A stretch of 64,000 nt of DNA from Lingula anatina (Eukaryota; Animalia; Brachiopoda). Below the pieces are notes generated by a model. It saw nothing but the letters and a program-made list of their open reading frames with translations. It was not told where the DNA came from and did no database searches. Position 1 is the stretch's first letter. Each line of letters opens with the position of its first letter. The translations under genes and the position numbers were made by a program. The stretch is from the NCBI GenBank assembly GCA_051362555.1, contig CM120644.1:22838534-22902533 (forward strand), in the 5' to 3' direction. Of this stretch, positions 37,595 through 51,700 are shown one piece after another.

Positions 37595-39073
37595 ATGCAT
37601 CTTTTAGCAGCGTGGATACTGCTCCTTTCCGCTGGCTCAGTCTTCACAGGTAAGTCTGTATTAAATAGTTGTATCTATTTAAAATGTACTGATATTACGT
37701 ACGATTCATTGTGGTGGTGAAAACTTAGAACAACGCAGTTCCTACTAGGTCAAATATATATCTCACATACATGTTGTTTCTTAAGAAATTATTTTTTGAC
37801 AACTAAAACTAACTGATAGCCACTTTACTGTACCTCTATATCCTGACGTATAATAAACAAACTGGTCTGTAGAGATAAAAAAATAAACATTTTTTACTTG
37901 TACCCGCTTTGTTCTCTCAGGTTGCGACATGACATTGAACCAACATCAAATTTTGACTCCTGAGATGATTTTTTTTCTGGCCAAAAAGGCGTTTTTCTAG
38001 CAAGAGACCCAACCCTGTTCCATGTAACCCCCCTACATTGTATACGGCCTGACTCATGAAGTACAATATATTATTTTAAAAAAAGTGCCAAGGTACGCTA
38101 TAATTGTTGGCATTACTGAACCCGGTTGGAAGAAAACTAGGGGGGATTAAACAAGAGGAGCACATCCGGATTTTTTGTCCCCGTGAAAGTTATTTTCCTT
38201 TTCCCGAGATGCGAAAAATGTTCATATTCATTTAGCGAGATCCTTGAAGTACCTCGCACCGTACCCCGTTTATATATTTTCTAGAAATTATCCCTCGCTG
38301 TACGTGAAATGAAGTCATTATACTCGATTATTCGTGATTTCCAACTCATTTGTCCTAAATTTTCCACGAGAAGTTTTATTTCCTGTGATCTACGAATTGA
38401 TGAATTTATTTCCTGTTAATTATAATCCCACCCCACTAGCGCCCTCCATAAAGCAGATCTGCCATAGTATTACTATGAGCGGGAACATGCCAGTGAGAAG
38501 AAAGAGTGTAGTTCTATAGGATATCGCATCATTTAATCTTCTAGTCGTATATTCAATATTTCTGTCGTACCTGGTGAAAAGGCATAAATAACAATAATAA
38601 TAATAATAACACAACTATGAAAAAAATCAGTTACAGATTTTGAGGACATCCGTAAAATTCCATTAATACTAAGATAATATGAATGATAAGTTATGAATTA
38701 TTTTACATTTAACATTTTAACTGCCGAACTTTTAATGATTTTAGACTTTAAATAAATATCAGAATTGTTTTTTTTTTTTTTTTTTATTATTGTTCTATTT
38801 AGATCGTTGCCTGTATCTCATTTCAGATGTCTCGCCATGTGATCAGTGGGGTGCCTGCAGCCAGCAGTGCTCACAGACGTCACTGGGTTACACGTGCTCT
38901 TGTTACCATGGTTACATTTTAGACCCGGATGGCTGGACTTGCAAGCCAGAAGGTAGTTCCGGATGTTTTTTTTTTTTTTTTTTTTTTTGATAGTTCTCAT
39001 GGAATAACCATCAGTTTTGTAAACGTGTGAGGGTGGTTAGAGCAAAACTAAAAAAAAAATAAATAAATAAATT

Positions 39074-39104
<31 letters not shown>

Positions 39105-40221
39105 CGTATGTAATACAACATTTACAGCCAACCTAGTCCTTTTTGGTGGTTTGGTATTTAAACAGAATTTATTATTTTGTAATTGACATCAGCTTTATTT
39201 TGCACGCTTCAATAGCTGTATCAATTTCACACAACGTAGTACATTGTTTCTCTTTCAACAAGATCTTTTCATGTCCTCCCTGGGCTAAATAAAAAAGAAA
39301 AGGTCACAAGTAACAACATCTAGAAAATAAATAAATACTGGGTAATATAGCCGCACCGGATAAAACCCATTTCCATTGTTGCCTGGATACAAAGTTAATA
39401 TATTTTGCAATACTGAAATATCTGTCACATGTTATACATTTAACACTTCAGGTACGGAAAGACCGTATATATTGTATACGCTCCGTCATGAGATAAGACT
39501 AGTGGACTTGGATGGACAGGCGTCGGTTGCTCTGGACAGACTGAGAAACACTGTGTCCCTGGATTACTACGATAAGAACAGAACCATATTCTGGTCGGAC
39601 GTCATGGAGGATAAAATATACAGAGGAGTCATGGACGCCAACCGTAAGTACAACTACATTGGTTTATATGCGCCGCAGCCTCGTGCTTTCAGTATTTCAT
39701 TAGCAATCAAAAGTAATTGTGGATATTAAAGACGCATGCAAAGCGAGAGATGAATCCCTGTTGAACATATAAATCGCTACTATCAGTCTCCTACTGAAGA
39801 CATATAAGGTGTATGCATGTTCAAAAAGATTAACCAAATTGTTCACTCGGTTGGCAAAAGTACTACTTAAACACTGCATCTTCTTCAAATATCTGGTCGT
39901 AAACTTGTCCTGTTAATTCGTCTTGGCAGTTCGTAAAACTCCGCCAAATGACGTAGTAATGCAGAAGGTATTAGGTAAGGTTTTGCGTGTGCTTCTTATT
40001 CAAACGAGATACGAGTTGAAAATATTTGTCGGGTTTAGAGGCAGTTACTTGACTTGCCTGTTGACTCTGTATGCTACTTGAAAGGACGAGTAAAAACATT
40101 ACTTTTTGCAGTGACAAATTTTTGTTGCTTTTCTTGAATTATCCCTAGAAATTCGAACATTTATACTTTTGTCACCAAGCGTCGTTACTGTGGTGACCTA
40201 GTTGTCGAAGGGTAGTTTTTC

Positions 40222-40261
<40 letters not shown>

Positions 40262-40796
40262 GTTGTTGTTGTTGTTGTTGTTATTGTTGTTGTTGGTGAT
40301 GATATTGTTGGTGATGTTGCTACTGTTGTTTCTGTTTCTTGATGTTGTTGTAAATGATACAATTTTTAAACTTCAAGACTTCATGTAAAACACCTTCCAT
40401 CTGATTTCAGACATAACCGATATCCAAGAGGTCGTTAGTGTTGGCCTGATAAGACCAGAGGGCATTGCTGTCGACTGGATAGGAGAGAACATCTACTGGG
40501 TGGACAGCAATCAACGCCAGATAGAGGTCGCCACCATGCAAGGCAAGCTCAGGTCGACGCTTGTAGCTGGGAAGATTAAGCAACCCAGAGCCATTGCTGT
40601 AGATCCCAGTGCTGGGTAAGCTGGTGACATTCTAAACGAACTTAAATTTAATTATTTTATAACGTTCTATTGAAATAAAATACGTCACCTGAAAAAAGAA
40701 AATTTACAATTAATTAGATATAATTAGAAATATCTGATTTAAGCCATATGTAATATGCGATAAAGACCTATAATTCCTGTATTGTTTGAATGATTG

Positions 40797-40842
<46 letters not shown>

Positions 40843-41100
40843 GACAAACAATTGCATTCAAACATTTCAGTCTATTATTCTGGACGGACTGGGAGAAGAA
40901 CAATCCTCGTATTGAGAGCTGTTCTATGAGTGGACATGGCCGGGCAGTCGTGGTCAACATCACTCTGATGGACAGTGAAGGGGCGTGGCCAAATGGACTG
41001 ACCCTGGACTATGACTTAAGGAGAGTTTACTGGGTGGATGCCAGGTACGGGCATGTTGTGCTGCTCTGTGTGTGGACACACATACACACACACACACACG

Positions 41101-41131
<31 letters not shown>

Positions 41132-44100
41132 TAGGATACCGGTATTTTAGAGTATACGCAAATTGGTTACGTGTCCTGCGCTGAGGAGCACGGAGGGGTG
41201 TTTAATGAACTTTAAGAATATCACAAAAGGCAGCACTTGTCACTGAGCAACTTTTCACAAGTTTCCACAGACTCACCATTGCCCAGGAGAACTTTGTCAC
41301 AAATTATTTTGACCCGAATCTTTGAAACTAAAAACTGTAACACGTAACTCAAACTGGCTGCTTTTCCATTTTTGTGAGTTTATTGCCTGAGAAGCGAAAA
41401 CCCCTCATGCGAACCAACATGCATATTTGATTGGAATTTGCAGACACGTGGATAAAAAGTAGACGACCTTGAACGGTTGACTACAAGGCATCTGTTTACT
41501 GGAACTGATAGGACTACAGGCTATTTGGGGTTGAGGTCAGAGAGTCCAACATGTCAGCAAAACAGCTATGCAAACAAATGTTATAAAGCAGGCCTTGTAA
41601 ACGGAAAAGAGCTATCGCCAAATTGACCATTCAAGCCGCGATAATGACAAGCAAAAGTAAAAATACTTGCTGCGCACACAGCGGTGCGAATGAAATCAAT
41701 TCATCTTCCCGTTTGGTGCGTTTTAAATTAGAATAATGATCAAATTAGTGCAATTCATGTATTAATACACGTATTAATATTGAGGCTTGCATGGGTAGTA
41801 CACTGTATATTTTAATATCACACTGTATATTTTAATATCACACTTATAATAAATATCATTCTTTAAAAAGAATGATATTTATTATAAGTGTGATATGTTC
41901 TTAGGTCTTAAAATCTAATTCTAATTATAAAGATATGCAAAGATGGGCATCAAAGTAATAACAAAACTGTCAAACCGTACTACTGTCTAGGTCGGACACC
42001 ATCAGCACGGTACGGTATGACGGAAGCGACTACAGGGTCGTGTTGAAGAACCATCGTCTGCTCTCACATCCCTTCGCCATTGCTGTGTTTGGCTCCAATG
42101 TGTACTGGACTGATTGGAGAACCAACTCGCTCATGGAGGTAGTTCTTGAAATACGTTGTGTAGACATGTTCATAATTGTGGCAGTGTTGGAAATCGTTGC
42201 TAATATGTATATATTATTGGGAAACATCTCGCTTTTACATATTTGTATGTATACTGTATATATAATGATTTGCTTATTTCGTGGGGACTTCGGTATATGG
42301 TGAAGTGCACATGGCAGTTTTGAAAAAAGTTCAAAAAAGTTCAAATGAATGTACTATTTATCGTTGAGAAACATGTCGCTTTTTATATATTTTACATATA
42401 TATTTATTTGTACGTCATTTTTGCGCTGAGATGCGTCTTCCCTGTGGGGACTTTGGCATATGGTGAGATATGCGTATATGTGTTGCCTCTTTTTTTAGGC
42501 AAATAAATTTAATGGCAGCAGCGTCCGTGTGGTCCAGAGAACTTATGCACAGCCCTTTGACCTTAAAGTCTTCCACTCTAAGAGGCAGGCCCAGAGTAAG
42601 GGGTTCTCTCTTTATAAAAGTCGCACATGTGTCTTAATAAAAGAAAACAACAGAAAACTCCTTGTCATGATTAGAGATATATTCAATAAGCGTATTAATT
42701 TAATGCTCGTTTCATTTTTTACCTATATAGCTGGAAATATTGTGAAATAGTTAAAAAGTTAGTCTTTTAGTCGGGAACTTAACGCAAAACGCTGTTTTAT
42801 GTCTGTATGTTTTTAAAATACCAGTCTACTGGAATTTTAGTTTTTCTTAATTAAATATTTGACGTGGTTATATTATCCAGTGAAGAACCCGTGTGGTGAA
42901 AACAATGGCGGCTGTTCTCACCTCTGTCTGCTGGGTTTCAATGGCACAGCGGACTGCACATGTCCTTACTTCCATGTCTTACTGTCAGACAGGAAAACAT
43001 GCGCCCGTAAGTAGACTGTTCTTGTAAATATAATTTGTTAAGGTCATTTTGTAGTTTTGTTCTTACGAGATCCATGTTAGCTAAAGCTAGCTTGTCAGGG
43101 ACGAATGGATCAAGGCCGTTTTCTGGGTCTTTCAAAGGACGGTCAGATTTTCAAGTAAACATTGACGGGTATCTATTTTTGCTGTCGGAATAAAATGGAG
43201 GATAAAATGGAGGATGTATCAACAAAGTTAATTTTGAAAACTACCAGAAATTATCTGGACCCGCCCCTGCCTGTAGTATATAATTAACTCCAAACTGGTT
43301 GAGATTTAATTATGGCGTACCAGAAAGTTTGACTAGCTCAAAAGACAGCTTGTCCATTGTTCTCCTCTTTCAGTCAACAGTACATTCCTGCTCTACGCAC
43401 GTCACTATGAAATCCGTGGATTGGACTTAAACAACACCGACTTTGACGCCATGCCGACCATGTCGTCCCCTCACGTGGAGTTCCCTAAAGCAATGGACAT
43501 CGACCCTGTGTCCGGCATGTATTACTGGACAGACAGCCGTCATGGCACCATAAAAAGAGCTCGTATTATTGATGGGACGGACATTGAAACGGTCGTGAAC
43601 ACAGGTAATGTCTAACTGGTCTTTGCCTTTTGGTTTGGTAGGCGGTGTAACGGGAATGTAGTCCGCTAGGTACCGTACTTCACTTCCCATTACTTTGTAC
43701 AGGTGACATTCGTCCCATATACTAACCCAAATACTCCAACCAACCTGTACTCAGTGGCGGCTTTAGAGGGGGATCAGAGGGGTCCTGACCCTCTTTTAAA
43801 GACCAAAGATTTCCGGGCCCTCAAGCGGCCCCGAACCCCACGTCAAGCGGGGGGTGGGGGGTGGGGTGGGGGGCTTGCATTTGGGGACCCCCCCCCCTCC
43901 TTGAAATAATCCCGGACCCGCCCCTGCCTTTACTTATCTTATGGGAGCCCGAACGTCCATTCCAGGTACACCAGTGTAACGTGACCCGTGTAACGCTTCT
44001 CATTTATTTGTTCGTATACAAGTAAGCCTCGCCCTAGATTTTGATCCACTTAGGTCAGGCTAACTCTAACCATTATAACTAAAGGGAGGGTTGACTGTGT

Positions 44101-47100
44101 GTAACACGGACCCTCAGTTTCGTTACACCGGCACCCCTAGCATATATGCCAGAACACCTCGAGAGTCAGCGAGATGTCGTCTAAGCACATATGGCTAGAG
44201 GGTGGCAATGTAGTTCTTGACATACATACTTGGGGAAAGTACTAGCATTTCACCGAAAAACACCACTAAAACTGAATTAAGTTTATACCGCTACGTTCAC
44301 ATAAAAATAATATCTATAACATTTTGAGAGCAAGGGAAGAACAACACATTTATAATTTGACATTGCTATGTTAAAATGAACTGACGTACCACAGCATGCT
44401 GCCCCAGAACATTTTAAAAATAGCTTGTTTTGAAGTACTGTGACTGCAATGACACTGTTTGAATACTTTATTTATTAATTGTTTTGAAGGACCACACTGT
44501 ATCAGAATTCATCACTGTTTTCACCAGATCTGGACAACCCCAGTGGTTTAGCTGTGGACTATGTGTCTGGTAATATGTACTTTAGCACCACCAGGGAAGG
44601 TGTGGGCAGTATATGGGTATCTAGGCTGGACGGCAGGCAAAGACTGAAAGTGGTATATGATAGAAAGCCGATCACATCACTAGCTATCCATCCAAATAAA
44701 GGGTACGTTTTAAATGGTATTATTATTATTATTATTATTGTTGTTGTAGTTGTTGTTGTTGTTGTTGTTGTTCTCTTGTTCATGTATATGGTTGTTTAAA
44801 CTGTTTGGACAACCTACATTGTATATTTCCATATATCAGCTCATTACTGTTGTCAACAATTGTGATGTATTATTTGAAATTCCAAGTTATATAATTTCAG
44901 GTATTGGAACTTGGAATGAAATACATAATAGCAATCTGCGGAAGAGATAAATTTGATGATTGATGTAGCTGTTTATTTTGCTCTCCCAATACCAATGTTC
45001 CGTTTCAATAAAAATCATTTACAAATCAGATTCACTTCACTGTGGGTTTTCAGTAAAATCTTCTGGACGGAGGATGGCACCAATGCCCAGGTCGTATTTG
45101 TTGCCAATATGGACGGCAGCAATGTCCAGCAGTTTGTTCCCGACAGCCTGACCCACGTCGATTCTGCCTTCAAACTCTACAGTAAGAATTATACGTAGAT
45201 CTTAGATGATGTCCTTCTGTGTCGTATCTCTAATGGTTGTGAAGCCTTCAGCTTTTTTAATGAGGGGGTATCTGATTAGCGTTAATTGTTCTCGGAAAAC
45301 AGGTTTTCTACCTCCCCGCACCACCTTGTAGAGCAGGGATCCATGTATGTTGTCAAATTGTAATGGTTATAGACTTTCAAAACATTGAGAATTTAATGTT
45401 CTATTTATTCAAGCATCATGCGGCACTGTAACTTAAAGAAGCATTACATATACACTCTTTATTTGCACTAGGCACTGAAATAAACACACATCTATCAACT
45501 TAAATGATCAAAGCAATGTAACAGATATTTGGTAATTAGAATAAGATGTTATTTGATCCAGGTTTGACAATAGACGTAGACAACGAGAAGCTGTACTTTA
45601 TAAGCCAGGGTCTGAACTCTGGCACTCGCCGGATTACCTGGTGCAACTTTGACGGTTCTGACTCCCACATGGTGTCATTTGATCACAGTTTGAGTGACGT
45701 CAGAACACTAGCTGTCCACCAGGGTCAGCTCTACGTGGCCACAGGGTCGTCCATTGCTCTGGTTCACAGGACCGGAAGTGACGTCAGAGTGGAGATCCTG
45801 CGAGAAAAGACAGATGATATAACGTCTGTTAAGATCTTTGAAGGGAAGCAGAAATCTAGTGAGTTTCGATTTTACTTTTATCCTTTTTGTAGTTCTGAAT
45901 AAATTTGAATTACTTATATGCAATAAGGCTAGACTAATTCGTGATCAATTGAAATAAGATTATTTTAATTTAATGTTCTATTCATGCAAGCATAATATAA
46001 AATTTACTACTTGTCATCTAGGCCTATGGCTAAAATAACCAATTTTCCCAAGTAAAAACCAGGATAAAAGTGACATAAAATAGAATAATTAGTATAATTG
46101 TGCTTGTTAAAGAGTCTAATAAGCTCCAGCTTTACACAATCAGACAACGAAAAAATTAAAATGTCAATACATTGCGTAAACAATTAAAATTTAAACTTAA
46201 GTTCATGACCCGTCTAATGTTTTCAAATTCCTTCTATCCAGATCTCGGTAAGAACGCGTGTAGTGAGAACAATGGCGGCTGCTCCCAGGTGTGCGTCCCT
46301 GGCAACAACAACAATAACAACGCTGTATGTCTCTGTACAGACGGTTTTAAGCTTGGAGAGGACGGCAAAACCTGCCTTGGTGAGTGGGCTTTATCAATAG
46401 TATTGATTGAACAGGGTGGGCGGCATCCATTATCACTTTGTCTTGTTGTGAGTTTGGTTTTGTCATGGAAACAGATACCTAGATTGAAAATACGGATGTG
46501 TTTGTTATGGAGTTCATGTACTCAGTTGCTTTTATGATTAAAAAAAATAAATAAAACATGCATAATGTAAATGACTGTTTATAGCTCTGATAGGAGTATA
46601 TCAACAGTATGTGTCGCCATTACTGCATGTTTATTCTAAAAAAATATTACGTTTTAAAATTAATAGATTTATTAAATTGTAAATAAAAAAGTGCTATTCG
46701 AATTACAATCGATAGTATCATTGCGCCGCTTCGTCAGTAGTAAAATGCGTGTCCTTCCATTCCTTAGATATGAAACCGTTCCTGTTAATCACACTGGGAG
46801 CTAACATCCACGGCCTCTCTCTGAATGCAAGCTCCGCCCCAAACCGGACGACGACCACGCCCATCTATAGCTTTGGTATGCCAACAACCGCGGATTCTCA
46901 AGAAGGTAGGTGTATAATTGTTTTTTTAAAAATGGACTATTTTGACACATGGGCAGTGCTGAGAATAAATTTAATAAGCTGTTCTCTGTACTTAAGCTTT
47001 GTTTGGGTAAGATGTCCAATGTTTGTACTAACAGAAACGACAAGTGAAAAATATAATCAATGTTATGAAAGATTATAAAATTTTTTGGTGGTTCCTTAAC

Positions 47101-48501
47101 AGACTGTTATTAGTTCACTGTTGCATATTTATCCCATTTATTATCATTAGTGTCCATTTTCATTTTAATTCGTTTTCGGTGTGGTTTAAAAATGAATGAG
47201 TAAAGTATTAGGTCAAATTTAATTGACAAAAATATCACATCAAATCACCAATGCCTATTTTGAAGATGTACAAACAAACACATAAAACACATAACACACA
47301 TTAAGTATGTATTAACACCTAACACATTAAGTTAAACATATATTTCCCAGTATTTATCGACGTGTTAAGATTAAATATTATTGCCCTCTTTTATTGTTTC
47401 AATAATTATTTCACCATTTCCAGATCCCGAACCCTCCCTGTCACTCTCCTTGGGGGCAGAGATCCTCGGAATCTCTCTGAACGCTGATATCAACTCACAG
47501 CAGACGACAGACATGCTGACCGCAGCGGCTGTTGTGGATTTCCATGCAGGTAAAATATTTGATAAAAAGTGACATTGTATGGTTGAAAGTATACTACATT
47601 TGGATATTTGATTTAAAAAATCCCTCATTGGTTTCAAAAGTTAGCCAGATTAATTGGTTTACATAACATCAGTTACGACCAAAAGACTTTAAGTGATTTA
47701 TGTTGCACACTAATGTTTACTAGATTGAAATAGGGTTGATAATAGAAACTTTATATCTTTAACAAATTGAAAAAGAGAGAAGAAAAAAAAACATGAGGTT
47801 CATTTGAGAGACAGTGGAAGTCGCACATCATTTTGATATTTTTTATTATATTTTTTTCATTTTTATTATAATACCTCAGCTAATAGGTTCATATACTGGG
47901 CGGACAGCAGCTCCAAGACCATCTCCAGAATCCATCGAGACCGGAAGGAGATGCAGACACTAGTTTCCGGTGAAATCAGCTCAGTGCAGGGATTGTCTGT
48001 GGATTGGATAGCAGGTAAATTTACATGTAGATCTCAATAAGAAAGTTCTCAGTTTAAAAAACATAAGACCGAGTCCACTTTCTTACAATGTATATGTAAT
48101 TCTTGTCTTAAAACGGAAAACCTGTAATCAGGCCTACCCAACTACCAGACTCTGGACCGAATGATCCCGAATTCACCGGTAGATCAGACCACACTACCCG
48201 TTCCCAAGGTGTGTATCAGTACGCATTACACAGTATCAGATGCGACACCGCTCTTTCCTAGTACGCGATATGATTGTAACGATTCTCAGCGGAGTTGAAA
48301 AGTAATGCATCACGACTCAAAATTTGTTCGGGGTATGATACTGTGTAATGCGGACTGACTAACACCTTGAAAACGGGTAGTGTGGTCCGATCTACCGGTG
48401 AATTCGGGATCATTCGGTGCCGAGTCTGGCAGTTGGGTAGGCCTGGTAATGCTATCTGCAGTACTTAAACAAGCAACTGGTGTCTTCTCAATACAATGTT
48501 T

Positions 48502-48586
<85 letters not shown>

Positions 48587-48658
48587 CAGAAAATCTGTAT
48601 TGACCACAACGTGAGTAGGGCTAAAATATCTAAGAACAGATTTTCAAGGTATACTTCA

Positions 48659-48704
<46 letters not shown>

Positions 48705-51700
48705 AAAGTTCTTCAATACCAGAAAACCTGTACTGGACCGACAGTGACCTTGACTTAATCCAAGTGTCCAAACTAAATGGGTCATTCAGACGTGTGTTGG
48801 TGGCATCTGACCTGGACAGTCCAGCTGATATTGTGGTGCATCCAGTCCTGGGGTAAGGGAAACAGAAGTTGCTGAATCAGCTAATGGCATTTTATTTTAG
48901 TTGGAAACCCCTGCTGCATGCCAATTTAATTTTTAAGATAAAACATAGGTATAATCAAATGGGTAACTTGATGAGACAATGTGACAATTGCTATTCTGTA
49001 TTTTTCCAATTCTTGTGATTTTATAGCTGTGATATTTACAAATTACATTTAAAGAAAGCATTTAATGAGACTTTTTTATAGCTAAAATTAGTATTCCTGA
49101 GTTTTTAAAAAATTCAATTCCAAGGCATACACTATTCAAACGTTACCATCTATAAACCAATGTCCTAAGTTATTTTTACCTGTCAAAAGTGATGGCCGAA
49201 ACTCTCCAAAGCGCGTTTCAAAAACACGTTTATGGATTGTAACAGTTTTGTATATCGTACACGCAGACGATTGAATAGGAGTCTTGAAATTTGATCTACA
49301 AATTCCAATGCAGATTGGGTGACTTGCAGTTTGTCTATTTCTTTAATGCTTGTTTCGTCAACCAGGTACATGTTTTGGACTAACCAAGGTTCAAAACCCA
49401 GAATCGAGCGTGCACGACTCGATGGTTCAGAAAGAACAACAATCATGTCTCACACAGAGTTCACCCGGGAACCCAGCGGTCTGACCATAGATTACGACAA
49501 GGACAGGTTATACTGGTGTGACAAAGCACTTGACGTCATCTGTAGTAGCAACCTAGACGGAAGTGACGTCACATACATCATCCGGGACACTCTGACGGAT
49601 CCTTCCTCTATTACAGTGTCCGAGGAATACATCTACTGGACTGATAGGTTGGTACAGGGAATGTTGTATAGAAGACATAATGTTAGCATGATATACCTGA
49701 ATTGTATAAATAAATTGATAAAGAATGAATAAGTAAGTAACATTTGTCTACCACTTCATGTAGATTAGTAGTACAGTCATTTTACACATGAATATGTTTC
49801 GTCTTTTGTTTGATTAACATAATCGTCAAGGACAATGGTGTGCAGATACATATGAAGAAACCATCTGTCAGAGTCCCTAAATCAGTGTTGTGTGCAGCAC
49901 AATACATACCTAATAGAATAAGATAAAAAAAAAAAAAAATTCCATTTGTAACTCTTTTATCTGTTGCACGTGAAATTGTAATTTATATTTGTAATCTTGG
50001 CCGCGTAGCCCACCTAGCGCCCCCTATGGAGTTGTAATGAGAGCATTCAAAAATGGCACAGACCCAGTTATCATGTGGAGAAACACGGACTCAAAGACCC
50101 CGAGACCACATGATATAAAAGTGCATGACGAAGACAGACAGACAGGTATTTTAAGAAATAGAATTATAAAGTCCCTCTGTACAAGAAACGAACTGAATTC
50201 TTTCAAAAAGAGTGACACATTTTTGATGTTATTTTTTACTATAGGCCCTAGCTAAATTGACCTATCTATGACAAATATTAATAATCTAAGCTCATACTAT
50301 TCCCTTATTTTATGATTCCATATGCTTGCTTTTAAGTGCACGTTATTAATGATAAACATACATTCAGTCGCATTGGTGATCTTTAGAGGGAAATATTGCA
50401 GCCACATCAAACGGCTTCACTTGTTTTGGCACTTCATTTTTCAACCATCTGTCAATTGCAACTTTTTAACCATTCCGTCATCCTCTCTTGAATCGCCTCT
50501 AGCTTTCTCTTTAACGCTAATGGGATTTTGTTCCCTGTTGTAGGTGACAACATCTGCGGTTCAAATAACGGGGTCTGCAAGGAATTGTGTCTGTACATTG
50601 GTAACAACAGTAGGATATGTCAGTGTACAAAGGATGAGGAATGTCACAGTAAGTTGGCATATTCATCTTATCACCCCTGTATACAAACGTAAGCTTAGTT
50701 TAAATGAAAAATATATCACGAGTTAGTGAGGCGAATGACACACACGCGAGGACGAAGCGGAGTGATATTTGTTACCTGCACTTCACCTCCCACCAGGCTA
50801 AATTGTTTCTACCTGTAATCCCAGCTGTCTCTATTAAATGTTAAATTTTTGCACAGTCTGTGCACCTTATTTGGTTTTGACTTCAATTCTTATTGTTCAA
50901 ATCATTTACTATGTATGGATAAGAAACAAAAGACCTCTTTTGACTTAGGAATCTTACAATAGCCAATAGAAATGCACTACAAAATACATTTTCAGGAGGA
51001 GCCACTGTCCTGCGTTTTCCAGCGTCCCAGAGCACTGACAGATATGTTAAACTCACACCACCAGTGTATCGGTATAGGCCAGTATTGCCCGCCATTACCG
51101 CCTGCGTGAGATTAAAGACAACAGTCTCCACGGGAGAAAGATATTTCCTTTCGCACGCCACGTACTCATACGACAACTCCTTCATGTTGGGCTACAACTT
51201 GGCCGGGTCCTTCGTATTTCATATAAATAATGCCAAACAATACATACCTCTAGGGGGCTATATGATATTTGATGGAACTTGGCACCACTGGTGTTTCACA
51301 TGGGAGCAGCAAGGTGGCAAGTGGGCGCTGTATCTGGACGGCAAACAAAGAGCCAACGGATCTGGATTTATGAATCTTAGGTCAATAGTACATGGTGAGT
51401 GCTCGTGACTACAGCGTATAGATGGACACTTTTGAACAGGAAAAGGAAACATTATGTTGTTGGTTCAGTACTTGTCTTTCGGCAGAAAACCCCAGTGAGT
51501 GCCATAGTTTTAAATCATTGCGGTAAATTAATAAGTCTCTATTGATAAAACATTGCATTTACCAATAAATTTAAATGTCAAAAGACTACTCAATACCGGA
51601 AAATCTAAATTAAAAACTGTTTTTTTCCAGATGGAGAGTGGCTACTAGGACAAGACCAGGACTCGATGGAAGGCGAATTTCGAGCCGGACGGTCGTATGT

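Larger units (their letters stand above)
38827..50648 (+). other. LRP1-like module: EGF-[YWTD propeller-EGF]x3
   Basis: Peptides [98 protein letters not shown] and [13 protein letters not shown] track vertebrate LRP1 propellers 3-5 in order (from recall of the LRP1 sequence). Confidence 0.88.

Noticed and set aside
37595-50648. Calling the large gene LRP1
   Set aside because: No LDL-A repeats or TM/NPxY tail are seen. It begins with its own signal exon and continues into pentraxins, so it is LRP1-derived at most.
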